Assembly (NCBI GenBank): GCA_002269645.1
Contig: NIVC01000712.1
Location: 124,001 to 188,000, forward strand
DNA from: Macrostomum lignano
Lineage: Eukaryota
Direction: 5' to 3'
DNA length: 64,000 nucleotides
Below, piece after piece: positions 1-12,540 of this stretch (position 1 is its first letter; every line of letters starts with the position of its first letter). Under the pieces are notes generated by a model that did no database searches, was not told the origin of the DNA, and saw only the letters and a program-made list of their open reading frames with translations. Position numbers and translations under genes: made by a program.

Positions 1-155
1 CACCACCCCAATAATACAACAGCCCAAGCTGTGCGCCCCGTAGAACCCACCACCCACACATCCCAGCTTTGGGCCCAATAAAACCCACCAACCCAACAAC
101 ACCCAGTCCAACAACTAAGCCAATGCAAACCAAAGTTCTCTTAAGCGCCGCTCAC

Positions 156-1737
156 CTGCTGCCGCCGCAAGCGGGCCCTCTCCTCGGCCTCCCTGGCCAG
201 GGCATTGTTATAATCGGCCGTGGCCATGTTGATGGCCCGACGGCAGGCCTCTTCAGCCTGGGCCAGCTCGCAGGCGCGCTGGTCCAGCTCGCGCCGTTTC
301 AAATCGTAGAGCCGGTCGGCCTCTTTCTGGCCCCACTTGGCGGCGTCCTTCTCGCGCTGCTGCTGAAGCGACCACTCGCGCAGCTGCTCCTCTTGGAGTC
401 GACGACGAGCCTTGGCGTTGAGATCCTCGCCGTCGAACTTCTGCAACGAGCTGATGGTGCACCGCGGATCGTCGTCATGCACCCTGGCCGGCTTGTCCTT
501 CTTCAGCGCCTCCGGGTCGTACAGGTCCCACTCGCGCCGGGCCTCCGGCTGCTGGTGCAGGGAACGAAACTCGTTCTCGTACATGTTTAGGGCGCGTTTG
601 TCCGCCTGCTGGCGGGTTTCCATCAGAGTGGCGATTTTGTCGTAGCGAACCGCGTCCTGGGCGAAGGCCTCCTCGCGTTCGCGCTCGCGCTGCTCGTGCT
701 GCTTTTTCTCGTCAACCTGCTGCTCGAGGCCTTGGACATCGATCTGGGCAGGAGAAGTACAATGTAAATATTGCAAAGAAATCTTTTACACCGAGATACA
801 TATTTTCATATGCTTAAACAATTTATAGCCAGATGTTGTAGGACTATGTATAGCAAAAATTTTATATAGCATATATTTGATTAAAATTTGCCAGAAGTAT
901 TCAATGTTATAAATTAGCAAAAACAAACTCCATTTTAAATTAAAAATAATTATCATTTGATAGGTATAAATTTTATGTCATTGCCTAGACAGTGACCATT
1001 CTGAAGACGTTTTGAAAGTCTAATGATATTATTATACATATATATATGCAGATATAAAAAAGCAGGAAACTTTTTCATGTTCTTAGAGATTTTATCTTAA
1101 AGTATAGTCTTTATCTGTAATCATAAAAAAATTATGAATAAATGCAAAAAATGCAAAGGTTTTGCATTTTCAGTTTAAAAAATATTTAATAGGTAAACGA
1201 CTAATTCTTTTTTAAGGCATAAGTTTAAAGACTTTTCTGATAGCCACTAGATTTATACCTTACATTTTAGGTATTTCATTTGTATTGTAGAATTTCAATT
1301 CTTAGTTGGAATTTAATTCAGCTTTAAAGCAAATGTCAACTTTTGTATTCGTATCTCCAGTCAGATTCACGTTCTTCGATATTTGTTTGGATTTTCGGAT
1401 AACATAATAGTGTACCAACCAATGTACAATTTATAATATCTAAACATAAACAGACTATCAAGAATCAAGACAATAGTTTTTAGCCACCTACACATATTTA
1501 TAATATTATATTCAATTTGATATGATGATGATAATTAAATTTAGCATGAATAATTAGATTTAATACTTTAGTCTTAGATACAACTATTTCGAATTGTGGC
1601 ATGACACCGAGTTGACTTACTCCAATCTGCCTAACTTTGGCATTGAAAATTCGGCCCTGACGCTGCTGTTCCCGATTGCGACGCCGCTCAATCGCAGCAG
1701 CCTCCTTGCGATCAAGAGGGGTGTCGAGCTTGTACAT
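156..1737 (-). CDS. RIB43A: RIB43A-like coiled-coil ciliary microtubule inner protein (RIBC1/RIBC2 family); first two coding exons, gene continues beyond position 1
   Basis: Exon 1 is 1737-1621 (MYKLDTPLDRKEAAAIERRRNREQQRQGRIFNAKVRQIG, donor GTAAG). Exon 2 is 743-156 (CAG acceptor; IDVQGLEQQV...REWDLYDPEALKKDKPARVHDDDPRCTISSLQKFDGED...; donor GTGAG). Both junctions are phase 0. The motifs match the RIB43A family as I recall it. Confidence 0.9.
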
Positions 1738-3460
1738 ATCTTATCCTTAGTATTCCCGTATAAATAAAGTTGGCAAGTTGCCTGATTAAGATATCCAGTC
1801 AAGGTTAGAAATGTATAATTTGTACGAGGACTAGAGAGTTTAAAATGTCACAACTACCGTCAGTAACTATGACGCCAAAGTATAACAAAACGTACTAAAA
1901 TTTTTCTTTGTTAAAAAAATAAAAAAGTATAGTAGTATTAATTCTTAGAATAGGTAACTTTGCGTTGCTACAAGTTTGATGTTTAGTAGAGAAATAATTC
2001 GCGACTATACAAATTCGTTATACGTGTACATATGACAAAATTATCAAACACCTTAAGCTCTTTACACCCCGCTACTTTCTTTACCAAGCTGCAATATTAC
2101 TTGCAGGTATATTCCTGATATAGAGAATGTGTTTATTAGTTGCATTTTTTCAACATCGAGAAAGGTCGTACAATGTACGTACTTACAATCAATCAATAAA
2201 ATTTAATTGGTATATATAACAGCTAGTACACACGTTGTAGACATGCCTTTTGGTTCGGAAGTAGACAATGATTAATTATTCACGAGTGAAAAAATCGTCA
2301 TTATCTACCTGTCCTATGGCAAAACATATGTAAAAGTGCAATCTTATGAATGCATTTACAGTGTAAGTACAATTTCGAAGCGTGTTGAAGATTATTATTG
2401 ACTACAGCGTGAGAGGGAGACGACAAATGCCACGTACACGTGATTACATTTAAGTAGTGTACTGTATTTATTGAATTATAGTAATAAAATAACGATTCCT
2501 TAGGCTAATAGGTATTTTCAGCAATCACCTAGCCTGAAACTTGTAGTTGTACATGTAATTGAAAATCCTCATGCATGCAAAATTAAAAGCTGGGCGGTGA
2601 TAACTTTGGCTACAATGTACGCTCGTGTTACTTGTACACATGTACGAGCAGTACCCGTATTTATTTATTCGATATACAAGCCGTAGCGGCCAGGCAAAGT
2701 CGATAATCAGCGCTTTTGAGCAGCTCAAATGAACCAACTGATTCACTCCCCTGATGTACATGAAGATTATGCTCGTAAACTTTACAATTCAAATTTCAAC
2801 AAAGGTGACACTTTAACTGTGTGTTTACATGTAGGCTATACGAGATTCTAGATGATAAAAATAACAAAACGAAAATCATATAAATTTTTTTCAAACATTT
2901 CTCAAAACGCAATTTTAATATATTTGGGCATGTTTCCTTTTATCTATTGCATCAACAAAGAAAGAAATCTATAATTTTGACACAACAATAATAGCAAACT
3001 ACTAACAGTAGTACGAAAACAAATTGAAACAATCAGAAAATTGCTCTAACATTCCGAAATAAATAATTCAAGCTTAGCATTTAACGTACTATAATCTTGC
3101 AAAAGTGAGTCAATCGGTGCCAGAAAGGGAACTTAAAAAAAGAAACTAAAAGGAAACGAGAGAAAGAAAAAATACGCAGAATGCCCGTATACCCAATGCG
3201 CTATTAAAGGAAGAAAATGTTAAGAAACCAGTACAAGTTTACTACATTTTCAGATAACCAAAATCAGTTGACACCCAAGAATTCCAAGACAGAACACTGG
3301 ATAGCTGGATTATTGAGAAACAAACAGAGCAAAAAGCAAGTCAATCTTAGGAGAGCAGTTTGAAAATGTCAATGTGAATCAAAAGAAACATTTCGAAATA
3401 CAACTGAAATACTCGAACCAAACAAACCGGTAACAAGTGCGTTTCTTGGTTCAACGGTTC

Positions 3461-6400
3461 TCAGGGAGCCACCGTGGTGGCATTGAGAGTCGGATTGGCT
3501 GCGGCAGTCTCTGGCTGACTTGACGGCGGCAGGTGCATCGATGGCACGCTGACACTCACTGGGGGCATGCCGGGCAGACTCAGCTGGGTGCTGACCGCGG
3601 GAAAATCAGTCAGCGGCTGCTGCGTGGGCGGCGGGGGCGGCGGCGGCAGAGGCTGCTGCTGCTGTTGCGGAGGCGCAGGAGGCGGCGGTGGCAACGGCTG
3701 ATCGTGCGAGTGACCGTGACCTCCGCTATACAGAGGCTGCTGCTGCTGCTGCTGGTGAACAGTTGGACTACCACTGGAGGAGCTCAGCGGAACCTGTTAA
3801 TTTGAAGAAAAAATAAATTTGTGCCATTTTCAGATTTTCGAAACTACGATGTGCCAGCGCGGCCCAGGCTCGATTCCAAGTGCAGTCACATTAACTTGGA
3901 ACTCTAAATTGGAATCTCGGCTTGGCTCTGCTAGTGCAATGAACGGCCTTGAGGAGGCCCAACACCCAAGGCATAAATAGTGCGTGCCTGTGCCTCTATC
4001 CGGTTGTGCCACAATGTCACTTAAAGTGCGTCAGGGTGCACACAGCCATCTGGACTCTAATAGAAAATATAATAAACTATGCGTCAGACAGGTGAGTAAA
4101 TTTGTGTGAACTTTTACTTACATCGGCAAATCCGTTGCCATTGCTGACCGATCCAGTTCGGTCGGAGTCGGACAGACCGTCCGGAGACTGGCTCAACGGA
4201 ATCCGGTGCAAATAGCCGTAGCCAATATTGCAGCCGAGCAAGCCCTCGCCGCCCCAAGCGGAATTGGGCACAATTGTCAGCTCGCGACACGAATCTGACA
4301 CGGTGCTGTACACGTACAGTTTCAGGGGCTTGTTGTCGTGAGCCTCAATCATGGCGAACAGATCTTCAGCGTCCTAGGTGTTAAAATAAAAAAACAATAT
4401 AATTTCGTAGCTTAAAAATCCTTTTTTAAACGTAAGAAGACTGTTGGAGTTAATCAGTAGTTTTGAATGCCACTTACAGAAAATTGTCTGAGAATATGTT
4501 TGACTTGGCCAGTATGTTACACTCTCTGTGCCTTGCGGGTTGGCTGTCTTAATAGAGATTTAAGCAAGCGCGTTGCCACCGGGGGGGGGACAGTCCCCCC
4601 GGTAAAAGCTATGGGGAGACATGTCAATCTTTTGCCCCCAAACCCAACTTGTGACCTGTCGTGTCAATAAAACATTTTTCTTCCGGGCGCCAAAATGAGT
4701 GCCTGCGGCGCAAAAATGAGTGCCTGTGGCGCCAAAATGAGTGCCTGCGGCGCAAAAATGAGTGCCTGTGGCGCCAAAATGAGTGCCTGTGTCGCTAAAA
4801 TGAGTGCCTGTGGCGCCAAAATAAGTGCCTGTGGCGCCAAAATGAGTGCCTGTGGCGCCAAAATAAGTGCCTGTGGCGCCAAAATGAGTGCCTGTGTCGC
4901 TAAAATGAGTGCCTGTGGCGCAAAAATGAGTGCCTGTGGCGCCAAAATGAGTGCCTGTGTCGCTAAAATGAGTGCCTGTGGCGCAAAAATGAGTGCCTGT
5001 GGCGCCAAAATGAGTGCCTTTGGCGCTAAAATGAGTGCCTGCGGAGCTTAAATGAGTGCCTTTGGCGCTAAATTGAGTGCCTTTGGCGCCAAAATGAGCG
5101 CTGACAACGACTTGAAAAATCTGCATTTGATATGCAGTTACCATCGAAACGTTTTGATCGGGTAAATACGGTTATTAAAACTTAAAATGGACCAATTTTC
5201 ATGCACAGAAGCTCAAAACGAATGCAGCAGCGGTCGTGTGGCGCGAGAACTGCTCCGCCTCCTGCTCCCAAGTCCTATTCGGCACAATAAAACCAGTGAT
5301 CTTCCCTGGATAGGTCCCAGATTGCAGTTCGGCAGGCTGGCTACTACCGTAACACATTTCTGAATCAAATTGATCCCAATCAGCAAGCATTGCTAATCAC
5401 CTGCAGCAGGGCATCGGCGCCAATAATATAGTCCGAATCCGACACGAAACCGGCCAGAGCTGCCGGCGAGTTTGGCTGCACGTCCAACACGTGCCAGACG
5501 TTCTCGTTGGCGCCCTGGAACGAGCAGAATCGAATACTGACGCCTAGGAGTCCCTGGCCGCCCCAGCCGTCTGATGGAACAATGGTGACCTCTCGGCAGA
5601 CCTGAGTCTTGCTGCTGTACACCAGGGCTTGGACAGGCTTGTCTTTGTTAGCAGAGAGCAGCTCTCGGAGCTTGTCATTGTCTTCGTTCTAGGGTGTTAT
5701 AAAAAATGGGTTGATGAAATCAAATATAAAAATGACTGTTTTGCATATTACGCTACTATGAGTAGATTTCAGTAGCCAAAATGTAACTTACCAATCTAGT
5801 ATTGCCGATAGCAATAATGAAATCAAAGAACGCTTCTAGGCCGGCCTTGTGACCTGGCGAGTTGTCCTGGACCTAAGAAGAACCAGAGATAAGGCATACA
5901 TAATAAATGAATTCAGGGTATGTTGTAACATGGCAAATTTAGTATGGAAAAGTTAGTGGCATACATTTCATTCTGTTAATCTAGTCCAATTCAAATTTGC
6001 ACCAAAAAGACTTCATTTAAACAACATATAAGTTACTTTTAAGCAACTTAATTTTTTTAATACTGAAATTAGTACTTTAATATTCAACTTTGCTTCTATG
6101 GTGCTTAAACTTTTTGTTCTTAATATTAATTGAGCAGTTTTGAAACATACTTGCCCTGATCATCCTGTCACCTAGTTAGATGGCCAGGTGTATTATATAC
6201 ATATTCATTTCAGACTTTAAATTTATTTCCTTGTATTTAAACATGGAGGGAAGCATGGGCAACCTGTGGATCAGCCCAAGGAAGGGCTCTGCCATTGGAT
6301 ATTGTTAGGGGCTATACTGCCAGGGGCATAAAGCTGGAGAGGCCCAGATTGGGGCTGGGGCTTATGGCCCAGCAAGAACCTAATTTGATGCTACCAACCC

Positions 6401-9400
6401 AACATACCAGTATGGACTAAGACACTGCCAACCCATAGTGGAATCAGGAGGATGGGTGCAAAGATGGATCCACTCAGGCTACCCTAAACAACAAAACACA
6501 ATTGTGTGCAAAAAAGATTGGAAAAATTTTGGAGATTTTTGGAAAGCTGTCCAAGAGCAGGAATCCCAACTGGAAAGATCTAGAGTCCCTAAGTCTAAGA
6601 AAGGGCTTTAAGATAGGAATGAGTCTAGGCAGCTTTATTACCAAGGGCAAGTCTCTTATCAAGTAGGCAAAAAAGCTAAGAAAGCTCCTCCTATAGGGTT
6701 GCAAACCACAAGGCTTTTTCATTACCTAGCACTAATAAGTCTAGAATTTCTAAATAGCAGTCCAAGAGCAGAAAGACCCAAGTCTTAAATAGAAATGGCT
6801 TTAATGCCAAGGGGTTAGAGAGAGGCACTAAGGAGGAGCAAAGGGACTATTGGACTCAACTAGTTTTCCCCAATTTGGGATGAACATCAACCTTGTAGTA
6901 GTACTAATAGACTGATTATATTGCAATGCATAAAGAAAAATTTTTCTTTTATATTGACAAATGGTCTCCTTAAAAATAGATATAGATTTAATTTGTAAAA
7001 AGAAGTCTTAAGCACTGGGCTTATAGGAAATTTCAAAATAATTTAATTTTACAAGGGTTGTTCAGAAAGTTTGTGGACAAACATATTTTTTCCAAATAAA
7101 AAGCAGTTAAGTCACCATACTTTAGGCCATAGACAGCACTTATGTCCCACAACTTTTAATGGTAGTGCGATGAAATATGCTTATGGCTCATTCCATATAA
7201 GCATGGTCGTAACATGACAGGTTATTTTTACTTATAAAATGAAATCTAATAATAGAATATACTAAACCAATATTTTAAATGAAAGATTATTTTGTCTAGA
7301 ATATATTTATAGAGTTTCATATAGATATCATCATTAGTATAGATGCTATTAAACCTTAAATGACACTTATGGTTGTAACGACAGGATTTTTGACATATAG
7401 AAACTAAAAGGTAAAAGTCTTATAACATTTTTCATTTTTGATATTTTGCAATACATTTTTAAAATTTGACTACAAGAACATCTTTAGAAATCATACTCTT
7501 TTATTAGAATATATAAACTCAAAAGGCAACAAAGATACAAAAGAAAAGGCAGCCTTATGGTCGTAACATTATGGTCGTAACATATTTTTTTCTGTCAATT
7601 CAGTAACTTTGAGGTACTAATACATTAAAAATATAATAGATTATTTGGTCACCAATGCTTTTATCTGATGATGCAAGTACTATACTTTTATCTATAGTTT
7701 GTTTCAACCTTCAAAAGCTTTCTATTTGTTTTTAAAAGGTACAAAATCTTAATGATGTCTTTTGCTTCGAAAAATGTCCAAATTTTTACAAAAATGACTT
7801 TTTGCCAATTGATAACATACTAATCCAACATTTTACCATTCCTTTATTCTTAGATTGTATATATTGCACAATATAAACATTTGGTAAAAAAATAGGCTAA
7901 TTAGGCAATGGCAAGCAAAAATATTGACTTTTTTCTATTTTCCAAATATGTCCATCTTATATGGAATGAGCCTTATGTTATTTTTTACAGCAGTCATTTT
8001 AAGATACCCACTGTTTTTGGCACTTTGGAAAAAATGAAGAAGCCAAGCAAAGCATAATTTAGTTCTTGTAGAAAGAAGGATAGCAACAGGCCGATATTGT
8101 TTGCGAGTTGCATGCAGCATATGGTAAAGATGCCTCTTCAAAGTTGATGGTCAGCAAGTGGGTGCAGTGGTTTGAGGATGGCTGAGAGACAGTCAAAGAT
8201 CTGCCACGCAGTGGAAGGCCACTAGGCCAGCCACCATGGTCAACATGTTCAACATTGAGTACGTGCATCAGGCACTTGATGTAGACCACCAGATCACCAT
8301 GCATAAACTAGCAGAGACTATGGGTATATCACCCATAGCAGTTCACAAAATTGTCATAGCTAAGCTTAGGATGTCGTGAGTTGTTGCTTGTTGGGTCCTG
8401 AAGCTTCTGACAGATGATCAGCAACGTGAATGGGTGCATGCATGTCAGTAGCTCCTGTAGGCCTACCACAACAACCTAAACTTTTTGGATCAAATTGTGA
8501 CTGGGGATGAGTCATGAATCTATTACAGTGAGCCAGAGTTGAAAATGCAGAGCAGTGTCTGGAAGGCAGCTAGAGAACCCACCCCAGTGAAGGCCTTGGC
8601 TGCACTATTGGCTGGAAAGCAGATGGCCAGTTGGCCACCATCTTCTGAGACAAAGAAGGCATCTTGCTCATTGACTGGCTTCCATGTAGCACTACCAGTA
8701 CCAGTGCTTATTACATCCAAGTGCTGGAGAAGTTGTGTCAAGCCATCAAGACTGAGCACTAGGGCAAGCTAACCAGGGAGATCCTGCTATAGCAGGACGA
8801 TGCCAGGCCCCATACTAGCCAAGCAACAATGGCTGCCATCTCTAGCCTAGGCTTCAAGCTGCTGCCATACCTACCTTACTTGCCAGACCTAGCAGCAAGC
8901 AATTACTAGCTGTTTGGGCAGATGAAGGAGTCACTCAAGGGTCACCATTATGATAGCATACAGGCCTTAGCCTCTGCTATCAGCCAGTAGGTCAGAAGTA
9001 CCCCCAAAAAATCTTTGCTGCAGGGATTGAAAAGCTACCAGAGCACTGGCACAAGTGTGTGTGCCTCAAAGGCACATACATTGAGAAGGTCAATGACTAA
9101 GGTTTTCAGTTTTTTTGCTTGTTTAACAATAGTTCATGTTTTGTCCAAACTTTCCGAACAACCCTCGTATATTCTTATGTGAATGCAAAAAATATAAAGC
9201 AAAGTACAAAAGCAGTGGCAATAAAATACTAAGTAAAATTGGACTTCTTCAAGTTTATGTTGATAAAATACTTCTGATTTTCCGATTTTTCTGAAACTTG
9301 CAGTGGACACTTATGGGGCACCAAAAATGCAAAAAAACTGTAGAAAGTTACCTGTACGGTTGATGCAATCACGATTTACTCGATTCCCTATTCTCTTAAT

Positions 9401-11167
9401 GAGGTTCGGTAGCAAAAGTTTCTCCGAATACATTTTTGAAAGTGTATCCACTAGACTTTTAATATAATAGCACATGTGCTAGAACTTCATTAGGCCAATT
9501 AAAGATAAATATTAATATCTAAAAATTAATATGCAATTGTCTTTTACGTTCGATGATAATAGTTTTTCAATTTAGTTATAATGCATAGACACTGTTTGCT
9601 TTTTTTTTAAATTGCCACGTCACGACCCGCTTGATCTGTGCACTTGCACTTTCACTGCACCCAGCCAAAGCAACGTTTGCAACTTCAAAGCACTTCGAAC
9701 CTTTCAACCAATTACTGTACAAGGCTATACTACTAATTATATTGTATTATGGCAATAACAGCACCTGATTTCGGTAAGCAAATTCATATAGATAAAGTTA
9801 TAGAATTTAACCAACTTCTGAATCTGAAATATGTTGACTCTTTTCTTGTGTCGTCTGATTCAGACACCCCCCCCCCTATTAGGATTGGAATTTATCAACA
9901 GAATCTTGAATAGGTCTCCATGCCTCTATTCAAGTTTATGTTGATAAAATCAATCCCCATGAAAAATCTCCCCACCCTAAACCCTCCCCCATTCTCCATG
10001 CCCCAGTCATTGGTTTTAAGCTACAACCCCCCCCCCCTATTAGGATTAGAATTTATCAACACAATCTTGAATAGGTCTCCATGCCTCTATTTAAGTTTAT
10101 GTTGATAAAATCAATCCCCATGAAGAATCTCCCTACCCTAAACCCCCCTTCCCCAATCCCCGACCCCATGCCCCAGTCGTTGGTTTTAAGCTACAACCCC
10201 CTCTCCTCCCCTCTATTAGGATTGGAATTTATCAACAGAATCTTGAATAGGTCTCCATGCCTCTATTCAAGTTTATGTTGATAAAATCAATCCCCATGAA
10301 AAATCTCCCCACCCTAAACCCTCCCCCATTCTCCATGCCCCAGTCATTGGTTTTAAGCTACAATCCCCCCCCCCCTATTAGGATTAGAATTTATCAACAT
10401 AATCTTGAATAGGTCTCCATGCCTCTATTCAAGTTTATGTTGATAAAATCAATCCCCATGAAGAATCTCCCCACCCTAAAACCCCCTATTCCCTATGCCC
10501 CGGTGGTTGGTTTCAAGCTACATATAATTGGGTTAAAGCTACCAAAAATGGAGCTCAAATTTAAAATCAGCACTATCAAAAACCCTTATAGAGACAAAAT
10601 TATGATCTTATCAAAATTGCAACTATTTTATCAACATAAACTTGAAGAAGTCTGTAAAATTAATTATGGAAAGTAATTACTTGTGCTTTAAACTCAAAAA
10701 AGCTTGATTAAACACCATAGTTCATTTTGTTACACTTACACTCTAGCTAGTATAAATCATCTTAAATTAAAAATAGCTAATATAAAATAATAGTATAATA
10801 CAGAGAAATTTTTGGCATTCCATATTTGCATTTAATTCCTTTGCAAAAAACAAATAACTTCTATGACTATTAGGTTACAGTGTCACAACCAATTTTAATG
10901 CTACATTTATAAAAGGCATTTCTCAGACAAAAAATATGTGCTAGCAATGTATATTTATTGCACTTTTTTATTATGCCATGGCATAATTTGCATTTGTTTT
11001 CAAATGCACCTCATACAAGTTTCACTGGGTTTCAATTGGATTCAAAAAAAATGCAAAATAGAATTTAAGGTATATTGCACAATGCCATGCACAGCTACAC
11101 TTACTCTAAGAACATGATAACCATCAGTTCCTCCTCCTGGAACAGGGGCGCTACTTCCTGCACCCAT
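3461..11167 (-). CDS. GORASP: Golgi reassembly-stacking protein (GRASP55/65), 5 exons, ~338 aa
   Basis: Exons 11167-11105 ([21 protein letters not shown], myristoylation-type MG start), 5872-5792 ([20 protein letters not shown]), 5688-5401 ([16 protein letters not shown]...ENVWHVLDV), 4373-4122 ([20 protein letters not shown]) and 3793-3461 (Pro/Gln-rich tail, TGA). All introns are GT-AG and phase 0. Two GRASP-type PDZ-like repeats are present. Confidence 0.95.
4685..5100. repeat. 21-bp minisatellite (GGCGCCAAAATGAGTGCCTGT)n, ~20 copies, in GORASP intron 3
   Basis: Direct tandem units visible; 7-aa periodicity in the overlapping ORFs (MSACGAK). Confidence 0.95.
7052..9167 (+). mobile_element. 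Degenerate mariner (DD34D) transposon, interrupted by a MITE, in GORASP intron 1
   Basis: TA|CAAGGGTTGTTCAGAAAGTTT at 7052, with inverted copy AAACTTTCCGAACAACCCTCG|TA ending at 9167. Broken transposase at ~8025-9100 contains [28 protein letters not shown] and a YSPDLAPSDY-like motif, with many stops. Removing the 792-bp insert leaves ~1.32 kb, a typical mariner size. Confidence 0.92.
7184..7972. mobile_element. PIF/Harbinger-type (Tourist-like) MITE, 789 bp, uninterrupted copy
   Basis: TIRs GGCTCATTCCATATAAG / CTTATATGGAATGAGCC; TTA on both sides (7181-7183, 7973-7975); AT-rich and non-coding. A homologous copy lies in opposite orientation at 32164-43717. Confidence 0.85.
9870..10520. repeat. 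~161-bp tandem repeat, ~4 copies, in GORASP intron 1
   Basis: The unit CCTATTAGGATTGGAATTTATCAAC...ATGCCTCTATTCAAGTTTATGTTGATAAAATC recurs with ATG positions at 9920, 10081, 10258 and 10419. Confidence 0.9.
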
Positions 11168-12540
11168 GCGAAAAAAGTTAATTTAGAACAAGGACAAGAG
11201 CTAGGACAAGACAGAGGCCTTAGCTTATGTAATAATTGCAGATAATGATTAGTCAGTTAAGACCTAGGCCTATGGCTACGACTAAAGGACCTAAGAAGAC
11301 AAATGTTATGGATTGTCTAAGGAGTTTGGAGTGACACAATAAAAGAACTGGTGTGAAAACTTCTGTTTATAATGTCTTCCTTTAGCCTAGGTTAGTATTT
11401 TTATTGACAATCGCTGCGGAATAAAAAGTAAATCTGAAAAGTGAAATATACACGCTACTTCACATTTCTTCCATGTTAGAAGGATCGAAATCCTGGAAAA
11501 ATTAATCCACGTTAGCAAATAATTTAAAAACTCCTATGAAAAAAATACAGAAAACAGAATGGAACGTTAAATCATCTACTTAAAAAAAGCAAAATTACTC
11601 GTCTTAGTAATAAAAACTGTTTGTTTAGTATAAAATATTTTCAATTTGTTTAAACACTATAACCGTTTGTAACCGTCAGCAGCATTCGACAAATGTTCAG
11701 TGGCGGGTATTATTGCGGTGCCATTTTGTTTTGATTCTCATTAAGGATCTTTATGACTTTAATTATAGACAAATTTAATGGCATTTTCTATTTTTTCACT
11801 TTTGAATTAATACTTTGCAGAGCTATGCTGCTTTTTAAGTGGACATTTCAAAACCGGAGATTATAATTTTCACAATCAAATCACTCTTCTAGAGATTTGA
11901 GATTAATGAAATTAGTCATTAAAAGGTTAAAATTAATGAAAATAGAAATAGAAGCCAAAAAATTTTAGCTTAATTTTATCATTCCAACATGCGCACAAAT
12001 AAAATAACTGAGCACCTTCAAATGCACAATTTATTTAGTCGAAAACGAAAAAAGGAATATTTGAATGATTCCATAAGTAGTTGAGAACACTGGGAACTAA
12101 CTGTATACAATGTTTCTGCATTAGTATGACACTTGGTATTGGCACGCGACTAAAATGTTTGCTAAAATACATTGAGCTTCTTAACAAGATTAACAAAATA
12201 TGGATAAAAAACGCAGCAACATGCAACATGAAGCAAAATTATAATGCTGTACAAATGGAGTATCTTCTAGTTACATTTCTAGTTATAGTTACAACTGTGT
12301 AGTGCAGAGTACTAATAGAAATGATGACTTCAATCAGGAAGCTCAGCAGCTTGTATTCCTTAAGCTGTTTTATTTTGACAAATAGGGAGCTGTTAGTGCA
12401 AAAAATTTATAAATTATTATTACTTATACATTATTTTACTAAATGCTAAAAAGTGTAAGAAGACAAGTAGCAGTGCGACAATATATAAGAATTTTACCAA
12501 ATCATCTACTGAAGCGAAATAAAGAAATACTTGCATTAAC

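Noticed and set aside
69-645. Plus-strand ORFs overlapping RIB43A exon 2
   Set aside because: They are antisense shadows of a GC-rich coding exon, with no recognisable motif.
4563-4640. GC hairpin (CCGGGGGGGGGACAGTCCCCCCGG) and a 14-nt resemblance to the Helitron 3' end beside the 21-bp array
   Set aside because: It has no CTAG terminus, no matching opposite end and no TSD. It is probably a MITE end, but this cannot be supported.
6170-6900. GC-balanced, CpG-poor stretch in GORASP intron 1 that might be a SINE or ncRNA
   Set aside because: No A/B boxes, cloverleaf, snRNA motif or translated motif could be recognised, and there is no second copy in the window.
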